Numbered from the stretch's first letter, positions 34,066 to 43,603 are shown. The stretch is 64,000 nt of DNA from a virus (IMGVR_UViG_3300037851_000141:64001-128000); one strand, 5' to 3'. Made by a program: numbers and translations. Notes: generated by a model from the letters alone, not told the origin.

Positions 34066-37026
34066 TTATTGTGCAAAGCTTTCTAAGTCTGGTCCAGAGG
34101 TCGATTTTGGTTTAGACTCTCCACCGCCAGTTTCATCTCCACCAAGGTCGGGAGTTTCATCTGGTCCACCGCCGGTATCTTCTCCACCGAGGTCAGGTAA
34201 ATCTTCTAATCCGCCTCCACCACCCCCGCCACCAGATCCATCACCAATTGAAACGGGAGCTTCGGCTTCTTCTTGTTTTAACATTTCAGTATTTTCTTGG
34301 ATTTCACTTGGGGTTAGTTTGAGGCATTTTTTCATTACAAACTTACCAGATAATAGTGGTTTTTTACCTTCTTCATCTGATTGGGCGAACTGCATGAGTT
34401 TTTCCATATTTTCAGTACGCAGACTCATGATATTATTTTGGAAGTATTCTTCGAACAGGTTATTTGATAGTAATGAAACGTCGATATCCCGGTCACTAAT
34501 ACCAAACTCGTCAACATATCCTTTAAGTTGTAAGTGAGACATGAATACTTGCTTGAATACTGTTGAAAATCGTTGAGAGTAGGTTGTACACATTTTATGG
34601 AAGCGGTATTCATCTCTGGTAACATCCGAAGTATCACCGAGCGAGAATCCAGCTTCTTCATTTAGTCTTGAGATAGGAATACGAAGACCGCGATATAACT
34701 TTTTAAGGAAGTAGGTAACGTCATCAATTTCGCTAAGATTTTGTCCACCTGGAAGGGTTTCTACTTTACTTCCTTTACCATCTTGAGATATAAAGAAGAA
34801 ATCTTCGACCATTGCCTGTGGGTCATATATTTCGCCGGCTTCTCCTGATTCTGGATTATAGGTTTTACGTTGGCGATATTTTCTCATTAATTGTTGAACA
34901 TATGCTTCCGCTTTTGGTTTAGGCAATTTACCGACTTCTATAGTAAATACTCTCTTTTCAGTACCTTTACAATTATGAACTGGTATATTATTAACTATAA
35001 AATTATGCTCATCGTGGCACACTTCAATATCATATACAGTTGATGTACCAATTTGATCAACATGGCATACATTCTCATATTCTGGCAATGGTAATTTAGT
35101 AAGAGTAATAGAATATGAATCCGATCTATTTATAATACGTTCACCAAACTTACCTGGACCTCCTTTTGTTTTTTTAATCAATCCAGAACATAACCCCATA
35201 GATGCCCATAATTCTTTGATATCTTCAACAAGTTGTCGGTTTGATAATTTTATTGTTGTAAACCAAGTTCCCTTATATGTGTATCTTTCACTACCATCAG
35301 CATCAGATAAACCTTCAATAAATGCCATTTTAATTTCATCCGATGATGTGAAAACCCATTCTGGTATTCTCTTTTTATCATGTCCATGTATATATCCTAA
35401 ATTCTCAAATACCTTAACTCCAATTATAGATGATGTATAGTATGATGTAAACTTTTTATCTTTATTTGATGAACGTTCACATTTTCCAAAGAATTTTTTA
35501 AGTAGGCCAGAATAATAATCATTTAATTCAGGATATTCGCCTTCAGCAAATACTATATTATGTTTATGTACTGTTCCATCTCCTATTAAAAATCCAAATA
35601 ATTTAGCAAACTCAGCATTTACAATATCTGGCAAATGTATTCTTGATGAATTACATTCCCCTTTGTTTACTATTTCAAGATAACTCTCAGGTATTTCAAG
35701 TCTTTCACAAATCTTTTTGGCAAGTTCCAATGGTAATGATTTATTATCTGTATATAAAAATTGCCAAATACGATTAAATTTATAATCAATATCTTTCGCA
35801 ATATTTTTGATAAACTCAGTTTTACTAACATTAAATTTCTTATTTCTTATAAAAGTTCTATCAGTCAATTTTGCCCATGGTTCTCCAAATAATTTTATAA
35901 TAGGAGTATCTACTTGCTTATTATCATTTTTAACATTTATTAATTGATGAACTTTTGGAATTAAATCTTGAGCCTGAATATAAGATATTATTTTAGTTTT
36001 CTTATTTCTAACTAATATTGGATGATCTGGAGTACATGTTAATTCTGAGTGATGGCTTCTGACTCTTACAACTTCTTTAGTACCATTATTCCATTTATTA
36101 CTAACTTTTGTTTCATATTGTTTACCATCTTTATAAGAATATACAGTATCTCCTATTTCAACATCTTTAATATATTTCCATCCAGTGTTGGTTCTGATTC
36201 GGCTAAATTCATCCAAACATAAACGATAAATAACAACAGCATCTTCCATTTGTTTAAGTTTTCTATAGTCGATTTTAGCACGTTCAAGATAAGATAATAC
36301 AATTTTAGTCCAACGATCTTCCCAAGCATATATACCAGAGTTAGCATAGGCGACAGCTTCGGGTGGTAGAACGAGTATATTTGATTCGTTTTTATGTACG
36401 AATTGATATACTTGTTCTGTGTCAGGTTCCCAAATTGTATGGGTAAATTCTGGACGTAATCTCTTAACTCTTATTAAACCTCGTTCTTTTACTGTCGTTG
36501 GGTCTATAACTTTTTCGAAGAATATTTCACCATCGATCATGTAATCATTAAACCATTCATATACATTTTCTTTAGCATTCATAACGTCATGGAGTACATA
36601 TTTCCATTCTTTTACCAGATTAGCGACTATATTTTCATTTTGTGATAGTCTGTTATTTTTTATATTAAATTGGACGAATTCACCTTGGTCATTGAAGTTA
36701 ACACATTCATCTACAACTTCACCTATAGCAAATCCGATTTCAGGGAAGAATGACATATCACGGTAGACTTTAAGACGATTTAGTTTACCGGGTTCTGAGT
36801 TATATACGAATGAGTTGAAATATCCTGTTTGTTTTTGGAAGTCAATAGCAGATACAGCAGAAACGTCAGCCATATCAGTTGCGCTTGGAATCTGTTGTTT
36901 ACCGTATTTCTCACCTTGTCTGTCAAAAGTATTATAAACACGTTTGAAATGTTGTTGCTGGGCGGCTTTAGACCATCTGTTTCTTCTCACAAATGGTTCA
37001 ACGATCTTTCTAAATAGGTCTGCCAT
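34066..37026 (-). CDS. gp20: Portal protein gp20, interrupted by an intein
   Basis: 'YRDMSFFPEIGFAIGEVVDE', 'YMIDGEIFFEKVID', 'LKQMEDAVVIYRL', 'RVFTIEVGKLPKPKAE', 'YFLKKLYRGLRIPISRL'; start refined to ATG 37026 (GGGAG RBS). Confidence 0.95.
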   Translation of the reverse strand: MADLFRKIVEPFVRRNRWSKAAQQQHFKRVYNTFDRQGEKYGKQQIPSATDMADVSAVSAIDFQKQTGYFNSFVYNSEPGKLNRLKVYRDMSFFPEIGFAIGEVVDECVNFNDQGEFVQFNIKNNRLSQNENIVANLVKEWKYVLHDVMNAKENVYEWFNDYMIDGEIFFEKVIDPTTVKERGLIRVKRLRPEFTHTIWEPDTEQVYQFVHKNESNILVLPPEAVAYANSGIYAWEDRWTKIVLSYLERAKIDYRKLKQMEDAVVIYRLCLDEFSRIRTNTGWKYIKDVEIGDTVYSYKDGKQYETKVSNKWNNGTKEVVRVRSHHSELTCTPDHPILVRNKKTKIISYIQAQDLIPKVHQLINVKNDNKQVDTPIIKLFGEPWAKLTDRTFIRNKKFNVSKTEFIKNIAKDIDYKFNRIWQFLYTDNKSLPLELAKKICERLEIPESYLEIVNKGECNSSRIHLPDIVNAEFAKLFGFLIGDGTVHKHNIVFAEGEYPELNDYYSGLLKKFFGKCERSSNKDKKFTSYYTSSIIGVKVFENLGYIHGHDKKRIPEWVFTSSDEIKMAFIEGLSDADGSERYTYKGTWFTTIKLSNRQLVEDIKELWASMGLCSGLIKKTKGGPGKFGERIINRSDSYSITLTKLPLPEYENVCHVDQIGTSTVYDIEVCHDEHNFIVNNIPVHNCKGTEKRVFTIEVGKLPKPKAEAYVQQLMRKYRQRKTYNPESGEAGEIYDPQAMVEDFFFISQDGKGSKVETLPGGQNLSEIDDVTYFLKKLYRGLRIPISRLNEEAGFSLGDTSDVTRDEYRFHKMCTTYSQRFSTVFKQVFMSHLQLKGYVDEFGISDRDIDVSLLSNNLFEEYFQNNIMSLRTENMEKLMQFAQSDEEGKKPLLSGKFVMKKCLKLTPSEIQENTEMLKQEEAEAPVSIGDGSGGGGGGGGLEDLPDLGGEDTGGGPDETPDLGGDETGGGESKPKSTSGPDLESFAQ
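34972..36219 (-). mobile_element. Intein (416 aa) with LAGLIDADG homing endonuclease, in the portal gene
   Basis: Starts CLDEFSRIRTNTGWKYIKDVEIGDTVYS; block B 'LTCTPDHPILV'; LAGLIDADG blocks 'LFGFLIGDG' and 'FIEGLSDADG'; ends 'VYDIEV...NFIVNNIPVHN' followed by +1 Cys. Confidence 0.95.
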
Positions 37027-37084
37027 GATTACTCCCAATATATCATTATAATATAAGTTTGTAAATTATATTATAAGTCAAACC

Positions 37085-37092
37085 TATTTATA
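37085..37092 (-). promoter_or_regulatory. T4-type late promoter for the portal operon
   Basis: Exact TATAAATA in the divergent intergenic gap, 59 nt upstream of ATG 37026. Confidence 0.7.
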
Positions 37093-37125
37093 TATTTTTT
37101 GTTGGATATATAATAAATAGAATAT

Positions 37126-37569
37126 ATGGGTTTAAAACAAGGCATATTTAATCCACAACACCCAGAAAAATGTAAGGGTAAACTTCGTTCCGTATATAGG
37201 AGTGGTTGGGAATTGACGTTTATGAGATTTTTAGATACGAACTCTGGTGTAGTTGAATGGAGTTCTGAGTCATTGCCTATTAGTTATTTTAATCCAGTCA
37301 AGAATAAGATATGTCGTTATTATCCAGATTTTCTCGTAAAGTATAAGGGTAAAGATGGAGAATATCATATTGAACTTATTGAAATAAAGCCATATCGTGA
37401 GACTCAACCGCCAAAAATACACGGTAATAAGAAACAGAGTACTTTATTAATGGAATGTAGAACTTGGTCAATTAATCAGGCGAAATGGGAAGCTGCCAAA
37501 AAATTCTGTGAGCAGCGAGGAATAACTTTTAGATTGATGACTGAAAAGGAACTTAAAGTTATCCGTTAG
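37126..37569 (+). CDS. gp4: Head completion nuclease, T4 gp4-like (TnsA-type fold)
   Basis: 'YRSGWELTFMRFLDTNSGVVEWSSE...RYYPDFLV...IEIKP...NQAKWEAAKKFC...FRLMTEKEL'. Confidence 0.9.
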   Translation: MGLKQGIFNPQHPEKCKGKLRSVYRSGWELTFMRFLDTNSGVVEWSSESLPISYFNPVKNKICRYYPDFLVKYKGKDGEYHIELIEIKPYRETQPPKIHGNKKQSTLLMECRTWSINQAKWEAAKKFCEQRGITFRLMTEKELKVIR

Positions 37570-37781
37570 TTACTTTTTGGTATATATGTCCAGCCAAGAA
37601 AGAATTTAAGCCAGAACCGTTTCCATAGAGAAGGTTTTTTCATAACAGAAAATTTTAATCCAACATCGGTATCAATTTCTCCACAATAGGGAGTGTAATT
37701 ACAACAAATACCGTCAGTCTTCATTCCCATAATCATATTTGTTTGATTATCTCGTATATAAGGATGATTCATATCAGTCAT
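37566..37781 (-). CDS. Hypothetical protein (71 aa)
   Basis: ORF overlaps the upstream stop codon; 'KKPSLWKRFWLKFFLGW' amphipathic segment. Confidence 0.5.
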   Translation of the reverse strand: MTDMNHPYIRDNQTNMIMGMKTDGICCNYTPYCGEIDTDVGLKFSVMKKPSLWKRFWLKFFLGWTYIPKSN

Positions 37782-37948
37782 TTTTTATCCTGTTCTGGTT
37801 TCTGTTCTGGTTTCTGTGATGGTTTAGTATCTTCTATTAATTTCTTGATTGTATTTAGGGCTTCAATTATTTTTTGATGTTCTACTCTGGTTACTTGGGC
37901 CAATGATGATGCTTGGTCAAGGATTTGTAGGGCTTGTTCTGGAGTCAT
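37778..37948 (-). CDS. Hypothetical protein (56 aa)
   Basis: Hand-translated MTPEQALQILDQASSLAQVTRVEHQKIIEALNTIKKL...; overlaps with both neighbouring genes; below the ORF-track cutoff. Confidence 0.6.
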   Translation of the reverse strand: MTPEQALQILDQASSLAQVTRVEHQKIIEALNTIKKLIEDTKPSQKPEQKPEQDKK

Positions 37949-38649
37949 GGTGTTTCCTTTATTGTACTTTTGAGTTCATCGTAAAGTTGGTAGATTCGTT
38001 TATTCCATTTAGCTTTATAAGTGTCATTTAAGTTATTTCTTATTTCTGGATGTGTCTTGTTTACATTATACCAGAAGAAGTCAATAAATTCTCTGTTTGT
38101 TTTTCCAAAGAAGTTATTAAATTGTTCAATAGTTTTTATTTTAGTTCTTAATAAGTCATAATATTTTGTAGCCATCTGTAGGTAATATGCGTTAAATTCC
38201 TTTGGACTATTATAATATTCTGGATCTGACAATATTGCCGTATTCTTATTTTGTTTTATTCGTTTATTATCGTTTTTATGGATTAATTCATGGATGATAA
38301 TATCTTTGTATTTTATTAAGAAATCTAAAATTTTATCGTTTTTTATATAGTCATCAACTTCTGGGTCTGTTTTTCTATCAAATACAAGTCCAGGACAAGA
38401 AACCTGTTTACCAGTTGAATCTCTGTATGTTATTTTTCCTATTCCAGTTCCACCATCATCATTTGTAAAAGCTAAACAAAATGGTTCATTAAGCATTTTA
38501 TCGAATCTATATATAAAACTATTGACTTTTATAACATCATTAAAGTTGTTTACGATTTTATAATATATTTCTTCAGCATCTCTTATTTGTTGTTCATCAC
38601 CTTCTCGCTCTGAAAATATATCAATTATTTTATTTTTTAAGTATTTCAT
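37945..38649 (-). CDS. HEXXH (zincin-like) protein, family copy 1
   Basis: 'IIHELIH...YYNSPKEFNAY...KRIYQLYDEL'; paralogous to three other ORFs in the window. Confidence 0.7.
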   Translation of the reverse strand: MKYLKNKIIDIFSEREGDEQQIRDAEEIYYKIVNNFNDVIKVNSFIYRFDKMLNEPFCLAFTNDDGGTGIGKITYRDSTGKQVSCPGLVFDRKTDPEVDDYIKNDKILDFLIKYKDIIIHELIHKNDNKRIKQNKNTAILSDPEYYNSPKEFNAYYLQMATKYYDLLRTKIKTIEQFNNFFGKTNREFIDFFWYNVNKTHPEIRNNLNDTYKAKWNKRIYQLYDELKSTIKETP

Positions 38650-38809
38650 CGATTGTTCCAGTTTGTATTAATGGCAATTTTTCTTGAGTTACCATAAATA
38701 TTTCCATCGATACTCCATTATAGTTTATGATATGATTTGGCAGTATACGTCTAGTTTCATTGGCTTGTTCTTCCGTTATTTTTTTTCCTACTGTACATTC
38801 ATCGCCCAT
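38630..38809 (-). CDS. Hypothetical protein (59 aa)
   Basis: Hand-translated MGDECTVGKKITEEQANETRRILPNH...; fills the gap between two HEXXH paralogs. Confidence 0.4.
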   Translation of the reverse strand: MGDECTVGKKITEEQANETRRILPNHIINYNGVSMEIFMVTQEKLPLIQTGTIDEILKK

Positions 38810-38813
38810 TAGG

Positions 38814-39513
38814 TTAGTCCTTTATTTTACTTTTGAGTTCGTCATAAAGTTGATATATACGTTTATTCCATTTTGTTTTATAAGTTTGATTAATGTATTT
38901 CAGAATATTGGGGTGCGTTTGTGAAATATAATTCCAAAATTTTGGTAAAAATTCTCTGTTGTCAGTTCCAAACAATTTATTAAATTGTTCAACGGTTTTA
39001 ATGTTTTTTACTATATCATATAACGTACTTGCGGCAGCCAAAAAATACGCATTATTTTCAAGAGGATGATTGTAATACTTCATTTTATCCGAATTAACAG
39101 AATTTAGTTGTACTGTCATTCTGTTATTGTCATTTTTGTGTATTAATTCGTGTATAATTGATTCTTTATTGTTTTGCCAAAATTTTTTTTATTTGATTAT
39201 TTTCTAAATATGGTATTATTTTATTTGATTCGACTGTGAAATCAAAAATAAGTCCAGGTAATCGATATCTAACATTTTTATCTAAAATATCAACATATCC
39301 AAAACCATGACCTTTACCGCCATTATCAATAAAAGATAAATAAAATTCATAACCAAGTATATCCGAAAAATTAAATATTGTTGAAAGGTTCGGTATAGTT
39401 TTTACTTTATTAAAATTATTTAATATTTTATAGTATATTTCTTCAGCATCTCTTATTTGTTGTTCATCACCTTCACGTTCTGAAAATATATCAATTATTC
39501 TCTTTTTCATCAT
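38814..39513 (-). pseudogene. HEXXH family copy 2, split by a one-base frameshift in an A8 run (39183-39190)
   Basis: ORFs 39166..39516 and 38814..39119 match the N- and C-halves of copy 1. Removing one A gives ...NQIKKFWQNNKESIIHELIHKNDNNR..., restoring the HEXXH motif in frame. Confidence 0.75.
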
Positions 39514-39528
39514 CAACTCCTGACAAAG

Positions 39529-39536
39529 TATTTATA
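39529..39536 (-). promoter_or_regulatory. T4-type late promoter for the HEXXH pair
   Basis: Exact TATAAATA 16-19 nt upstream of the start, with AGGAG RBS between. Confidence 0.7.
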
Positions 39537-39560
39537 TATTATCAAAGAAGTTGTAATATA

Positions 39561-40535
39561 TCATCCATTCAACACCTTTTTCTGGTTATACGATTCAACT
39601 AAAGTTTTTATAATAGGTTCGTAATTGGATATCTTATCTATGAACTCACGGAACTTATTTTCTGACACATATTGGAATATTTGTTTACCATCAGCCATTA
39701 TATAATCATCCAGAGTTTGATTAAGAGTTTCAACAAGTTTAGCTGGAGTATATTGAAGGTCTATGAGGATTGTATTACGTTTAAATCCGATTTTAGCCTG
39801 TTTACCTATAGTCAGTGGGAAGTTGCAGCCATTTTCAGTAATCATAACTGGTTTATCATTTTCAAGAATTGGTGTTGTATCGTTATATAAGTCTTTAAGT
39901 AATTCTGGGGATTCGACCATTTTTTGGGCAGTTTTTTCGCCAAGTCTCTTTGTAACTGACTCATCTCCCATTTTTCTTCTGATTATATTTGGTACGTTAT
40001 CACCGGAGTCGCCACATATTATTTTTACTTTAAGTTCTTTTTCTGGATCTTCACTCTCTAAATAAACACCTTTAATCGGGTCAAACACAGAGACGTTATT
40101 ATATTTAAGTAATTGTTTGAAGTCGGTATCTGATGTTACTATTATTTTCTTTTCACCTTGATTTTGTTTAGCGATAGCACCAATAACGTCATCAGCCTCC
40201 ATAAAATTGACTTTGATTACATAGAAGGGGAAGTAGCATTTTAGGTCTTTAAACAGTTCATCCATAGTCGAATACAACCCATCCCAATCAATATGAGCTT
40301 GTTCTTCTCTCTTTTCTTTTCTATTGGCTTTATAATCAGGATAAATCTTTCTACGCCAATTTTGTTTAGAATCTGCTGCTATAACAACTTCGGTTGGCTC
40401 AAACTTACGGCAAAGATGAAAAATAGATTGAATCATTAGATGCTTAAAATAATTCCATCCCACATCTTCTATATCTTTACGAGCTACAAAAAAGTTACGA
40501 TAAGATAAGTGATTAAAATCTATAAGTAGCTGCAT
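39561..40535 (-). CDS. rnh: RNase H / 5'-3' exonuclease, T4 rnh-like
   Basis: 'LLIDFNHL', 'IAADSKQNWRRKIYPDYKANRK', 'MEADDVIG', 'IVTSDTDFKQL', 'ICGDSGDNVPNI'; start refined to MQLLIDF (GGAG RBS). Confidence 0.92.
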   Translation of the reverse strand: MQLLIDFNHLSYRNFFVARKDIEDVGWNYFKHLMIQSIFHLCRKFEPTEVVIAADSKQNWRRKIYPDYKANRKEKREEQAHIDWDGLYSTMDELFKDLKCYFPFYVIKVNFMEADDVIGAIAKQNQGEKKIIVTSDTDFKQLLKYNNVSVFDPIKGVYLESEDPEKELKVKIICGDSGDNVPNIIRRKMGDESVTKRLGEKTAQKMVESPELLKDLYNDTTPILENDKPVMITENGCNFPLTIGKQAKIGFKRNTILIDLQYTPAKLVETLNQTLDDYIMADGKQIFQYVSENKFREFIDKISNYEPIIKTLVESYNQKKVLNG

Positions 40536-40583
40536 TGAAGTTCTCCAAGCAACCATTATAGCTGAATCAAATAAGTAATCAAA

Positions 40584-42185
40584 TCATTTCTTTAGTTTAG
40601 ATAAGTCAATTTTTGGATAGCCGGAATCTTTTAATTTAAGTTCATCAGTTGTAAATATAGATTCTTCCAATTTACGACTTGTTAACTTATCACCTAAACG
40701 ACTTGGAACCGTAGCAATACCTTGAGTTGCGTTGACGGCTTGATTTACAGTACCATCAGCAGCACCAGGGCCAGCAACAGCAGCAGTTCCACACTCGTTC
40801 ATAGCAACATCAAGTATTTTGGCTTCACCAGACTTAAGTAATGATAACAGTTTAATCTGACTAATAAAAGACATTTCGCCATTATCTTTAGTTAATTGGA
40901 TACGACCATTCTTAAATTCTGGATTAACTGAGAAAATATCACCATTTATTTCTATATCTCTGCCTTTTAAGTTTTCAAGTTCAGATAGGTCAGTTGTTTT
41001 AGATAAGAGGGATTGATATGCTTCACGAACTGAGCAGAACATATCACTCTTTTCTTTAGGTTCAACAGTTTCAGCTTCATTCATTTCTGGCTTTGGTTCA
41101 TACATTTCATACCAGTAATTTGTTCCATCATACATAATTGAAACGTTATTATCAACCAAATAAGAATCTTCATCTTCGTCCAATTCATCAACTTGTTCAA
41201 AGCTTGTATCTGTGGCAACATCAAGATTATCATAATGGTTTTCTAAGTCATTATAATTTACATCATCTGATACTTTATCTTCGTCATTATGGATTTGTTC
41301 TGATGCGTAATCTGATATGCTTATTGGACTTAGATCGTTTTTAGCTTCGAGTACTTGGTCAATTTCTTCAAGCATTTTACGGAAGCTGGCTTGAAGACCA
41401 GTTAAGGCAGTTGACATACGTTCATCATTAGTCTTTTTAGTATCTTCGTGTGTTTCTGGGTTTACATCAACATCATTAGCTTTATACTTATCCCATTCTA
41501 TTTCTTCATTTAAGTTTTGTTTTTGTATTTCTTCTTTAGCTGTAGCAGTTGGTAATGGTTTTAACATGCTTATATCAATTTCTTCTGGGTTATTTTTATT
41601 ATCATACCAAATTACAGTAGCTTTTGATCTTCCAGGAACATATTGACGATTGCCGAATTTAGGAATAGCACCGACGCGAATTCTATTTTTTTCTAATGGG
41701 CTATTGGCAAGACGAGCATCAGAATAAGTAACATAATATCCACTTTGAGTTTCATTTTCTGGAGTAGCGATTGGGTCTGTGGTTGGAGCATCTTCTTTTA
41801 CAACTTTTTTAGCAGCAGCGAGTTCGGCTTTAGCAAGAGCAGCCTTTTCAGTTGCTTGTTTCTTATTAAGGTCTGCTATTTCTCCCATTTTTTTAGCTTT
41901 ATCTTGTTCCATTCTTGCTATATTAGTTGTGGTTGTTTCTTCATTTGTAGGAATAATATCTTTTCCTTCAGGCAATTCTTTAGGTAATGGTGCGTCTGGA
42001 ATTGATGATTGTAGTTTATCTTCTGGTTTGGCTTGAGGAAGAACATCAACAACAGGTTCTTCATAAATAACTTCATCATTGAGAACGCGAACACTATATC
42101 CATGTCCTTCAAGAATTGTATATTTTTGGTCTTTAGAAACTACATTAAAGCGTTGACCACGGTATTTAGCCTTCTGTTGTGCCAT
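40584..42185 (-). CDS. Acidic hypothetical late protein (533 aa), probable head-internal protein, containing a capsid N-arm-like segment
   Basis: Late promoter upstream; many hydrophobic-X-Glu sites; residues 'MNECGTAAVAGPGAADGTVNQAVNATQGIA' match gp23. Confidence 0.6.
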   Translation of the reverse strand: MAQQKAKYRGQRFNVVSKDQKYTILEGHGYSVRVLNDEVIYEEPVVDVLPQAKPEDKLQSSIPDAPLPKELPEGKDIIPTNEETTTTNIARMEQDKAKKMGEIADLNKKQATEKAALAKAELAAAKKVVKEDAPTTDPIATPENETQSGYYVTYSDARLANSPLEKNRIRVGAIPKFGNRQYVPGRSKATVIWYDNKNNPEEIDISMLKPLPTATAKEEIQKQNLNEEIEWDKYKANDVDVNPETHEDTKKTNDERMSTALTGLQASFRKMLEEIDQVLEAKNDLSPISISDYASEQIHNDEDKVSDDVNYNDLENHYDNLDVATDTSFEQVDELDEDEDSYLVDNNVSIMYDGTNYWYEMYEPKPEMNEAETVEPKEKSDMFCSVREAYQSLLSKTTDLSELENLKGRDIEINGDIFSVNPEFKNGRIQLTKDNGEMSFISQIKLLSLLKSGEAKILDVAMNECGTAAVAGPGAADGTVNQAVNATQGIATVPSRLGDKLTSRKLEESIFTTDELKLKDSGYPKIDLSKLKK

Positions 42186-42714
42186 TTGATTCTTCCTTAT
42201 CGTTATCTTTATTTATACTCTTTTGTCTTAGTAATTCTGTCTTCATTCCATAAACAGCAATACAAACCGCATCAGCAATACCATCTGAGTCAGTTTTACA
42301 CCGCTTTGAAGCTTTCAGTGATATATCTGGGCAATTCTGTTTACAAAAATTTATAGCATCATCTTTATCAGCGGTATTAGCACCCAGAACTTCCTTTTTC
42401 CATTTTTGGGGAGTAACATAATAAAGTGGTATCTCAAGAATATCAAATATTGCGTGAAGTCCTCCAGCAGTCTGACCAAAAGAGAATATAGAAACAACAT
42501 TTTGATTAGGCATAGAACCAACCAATTCAATATACCCAGCATCAACTTTATGATTTTGTATATATTTGTAAACTGCGTTAAAATTAGTTATTATTGATTC
42601 TTTTTTAACTTTTTTTATTCTTTGGATTGGCATGGCAAGAACTTCAACAATTTTGCCACTTTCGCATATAGCAATACCGCCTTTATTCCCTGGGTCGATT
42701 CCTACTATTTTCAT
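42166..42714 (-). CDS. RuvC-like Holliday junction resolvase
   Basis: 'MKIVGIDPG..GGIAI', 'YIELV', 'FSFGQTAG', 'QKWKK', 'DGIADAVCIA'. Confidence 0.85.
   Translation of the reverse strand: MKIVGIDPGNKGGIAICESGKIVEVLAMPIQRIKKVKKESIITNFNAVYKYIQNHKVDAGYIELVGSMPNQNVVSIFSFGQTAGGLHAIFDILEIPLYYVTPQKWKKEVLGANTADKDDAINFCKQNCPDISLKASKRCKTDSDGIADAVCIAVYGMKTELLRQKSINKDNDKEESNGTTEG
42210..42217 (-). promoter_or_regulatory. T4-type late promoter for the 533-aa gene
   Basis: Exact TATAAATA 25 nt upstream of ATG 42185, inside the 3' end of the RuvC-like gene. Confidence 0.6.
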
Positions 42715-43127
42715 TTAGCATCTTCTTTGTTGAAAAATTGAGTCAAGAACTTGCTATTACGAACTCCATTTACAAAATCAGCGTATTGAGATGAATCTGG
42801 TTTATGGCCAGTTATTTGAGTAAAGAGGATTCCGATTTCTTCCAATAACGGCTCAGAGGAACAGCATCCACCAACACACTCTTCTTTTATGATTATAGTT
42901 TTTGATTTCTTCCAAGATTCGCCTTCGTTATTACCATTTATTCTTATTTTATGCTGCCATTTATTCATTAGCGTGAAACTTTCAAGTGCGGGAATGAACT
43001 TAATGCCACATTTAGCGCAAGAATATTCATTACACTGAAGATTGCCCGGCTCCATAGTGACTTTTGTTGCGAGTTGGGTTGTTTCGCCGCCGCATTCTGG
43101 ACAGGCTACTTTTGGTTTATTATTCAT
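42711..43127 (-). CDS. Hypothetical protein with an N-terminal zinc ribbon
   Basis: CPEC...CAKC pairs; operonic overlaps with both neighbours. Confidence 0.6.
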   Translation of the reverse strand: MNNKPKVACPECGGETTQLATKVTMEPGNLQCNEYSCAKCGIKFIPALESFTLMNKWQHKIRINGNNEGESWKKSKTIIIKEECVGGCCSSEPLLEEIGILFTQITGHKPDSSQYADFVNGVRNSKFLTQFFNKEDAK

Positions 43128-43524
43128 TGTTTAATCCTAATTTGGTAAAAAGATTTTGTTCCTTAAATACATTTTTTATATAATTAAGGTTATCTTTTGA
43201 GAAGTAAGGTTTTTTAATCATTTTCTTTTCTTCTGTAAAAAACAATTGATGTCTGGAGTTCATTATAGTAGAACCGTCGATGATATTGTAATACTTTAGT
43301 AATGACTTGACTTCTTTTTCTACAAATAAATAGTTCTCTGCTAATTGGGATTTACATAGATTATAATACGATTCAAGTACAGGCCCAATTTCTTTATCAG
43401 CTTCTTTTAATATAGAGAAAATCAATTTAAGTTCTGGTTCACCTAAGACATGACCATCACGGAGCCTACGAGAATATTCCAATGACTCAAGATGGCGGTC
43501 CAGACGTTTTATAATTTCGGTCAT
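43120..43524 (-). CDS. Hypothetical protein (134 aa)
   Basis: Intact ORF with GGAG RBS; TATAAATA at 43582-43589. Confidence 0.6.
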   Translation of the reverse strand: MTEIIKRLDRHLESLEYSRRLRDGHVLGEPELKLIFSILKEADKEIGPVLESYYNLCKSQLAENYLFVEKEVKSLLKYYNIIDGSTIMNSRHQLFFTEEKKMIKKPYFSKDNLNYIKNVFKEQNLFTKLGLNNE

Positions 43525-43603
43525 AATGATTCTCCAACTGGATATTATAGCAAACTTTGGTATAATATTATCTGGTATATATATTTATAGAAAAGAGGAC
43601 ACT

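Noticed and set aside
34034-34537. 167-aa Pro/Ser-rich plus-strand ORF
   Set aside because: Antisense shadow of the Gly/acidic C-terminal tail of the portal gene; no RBS or independent coding signal.
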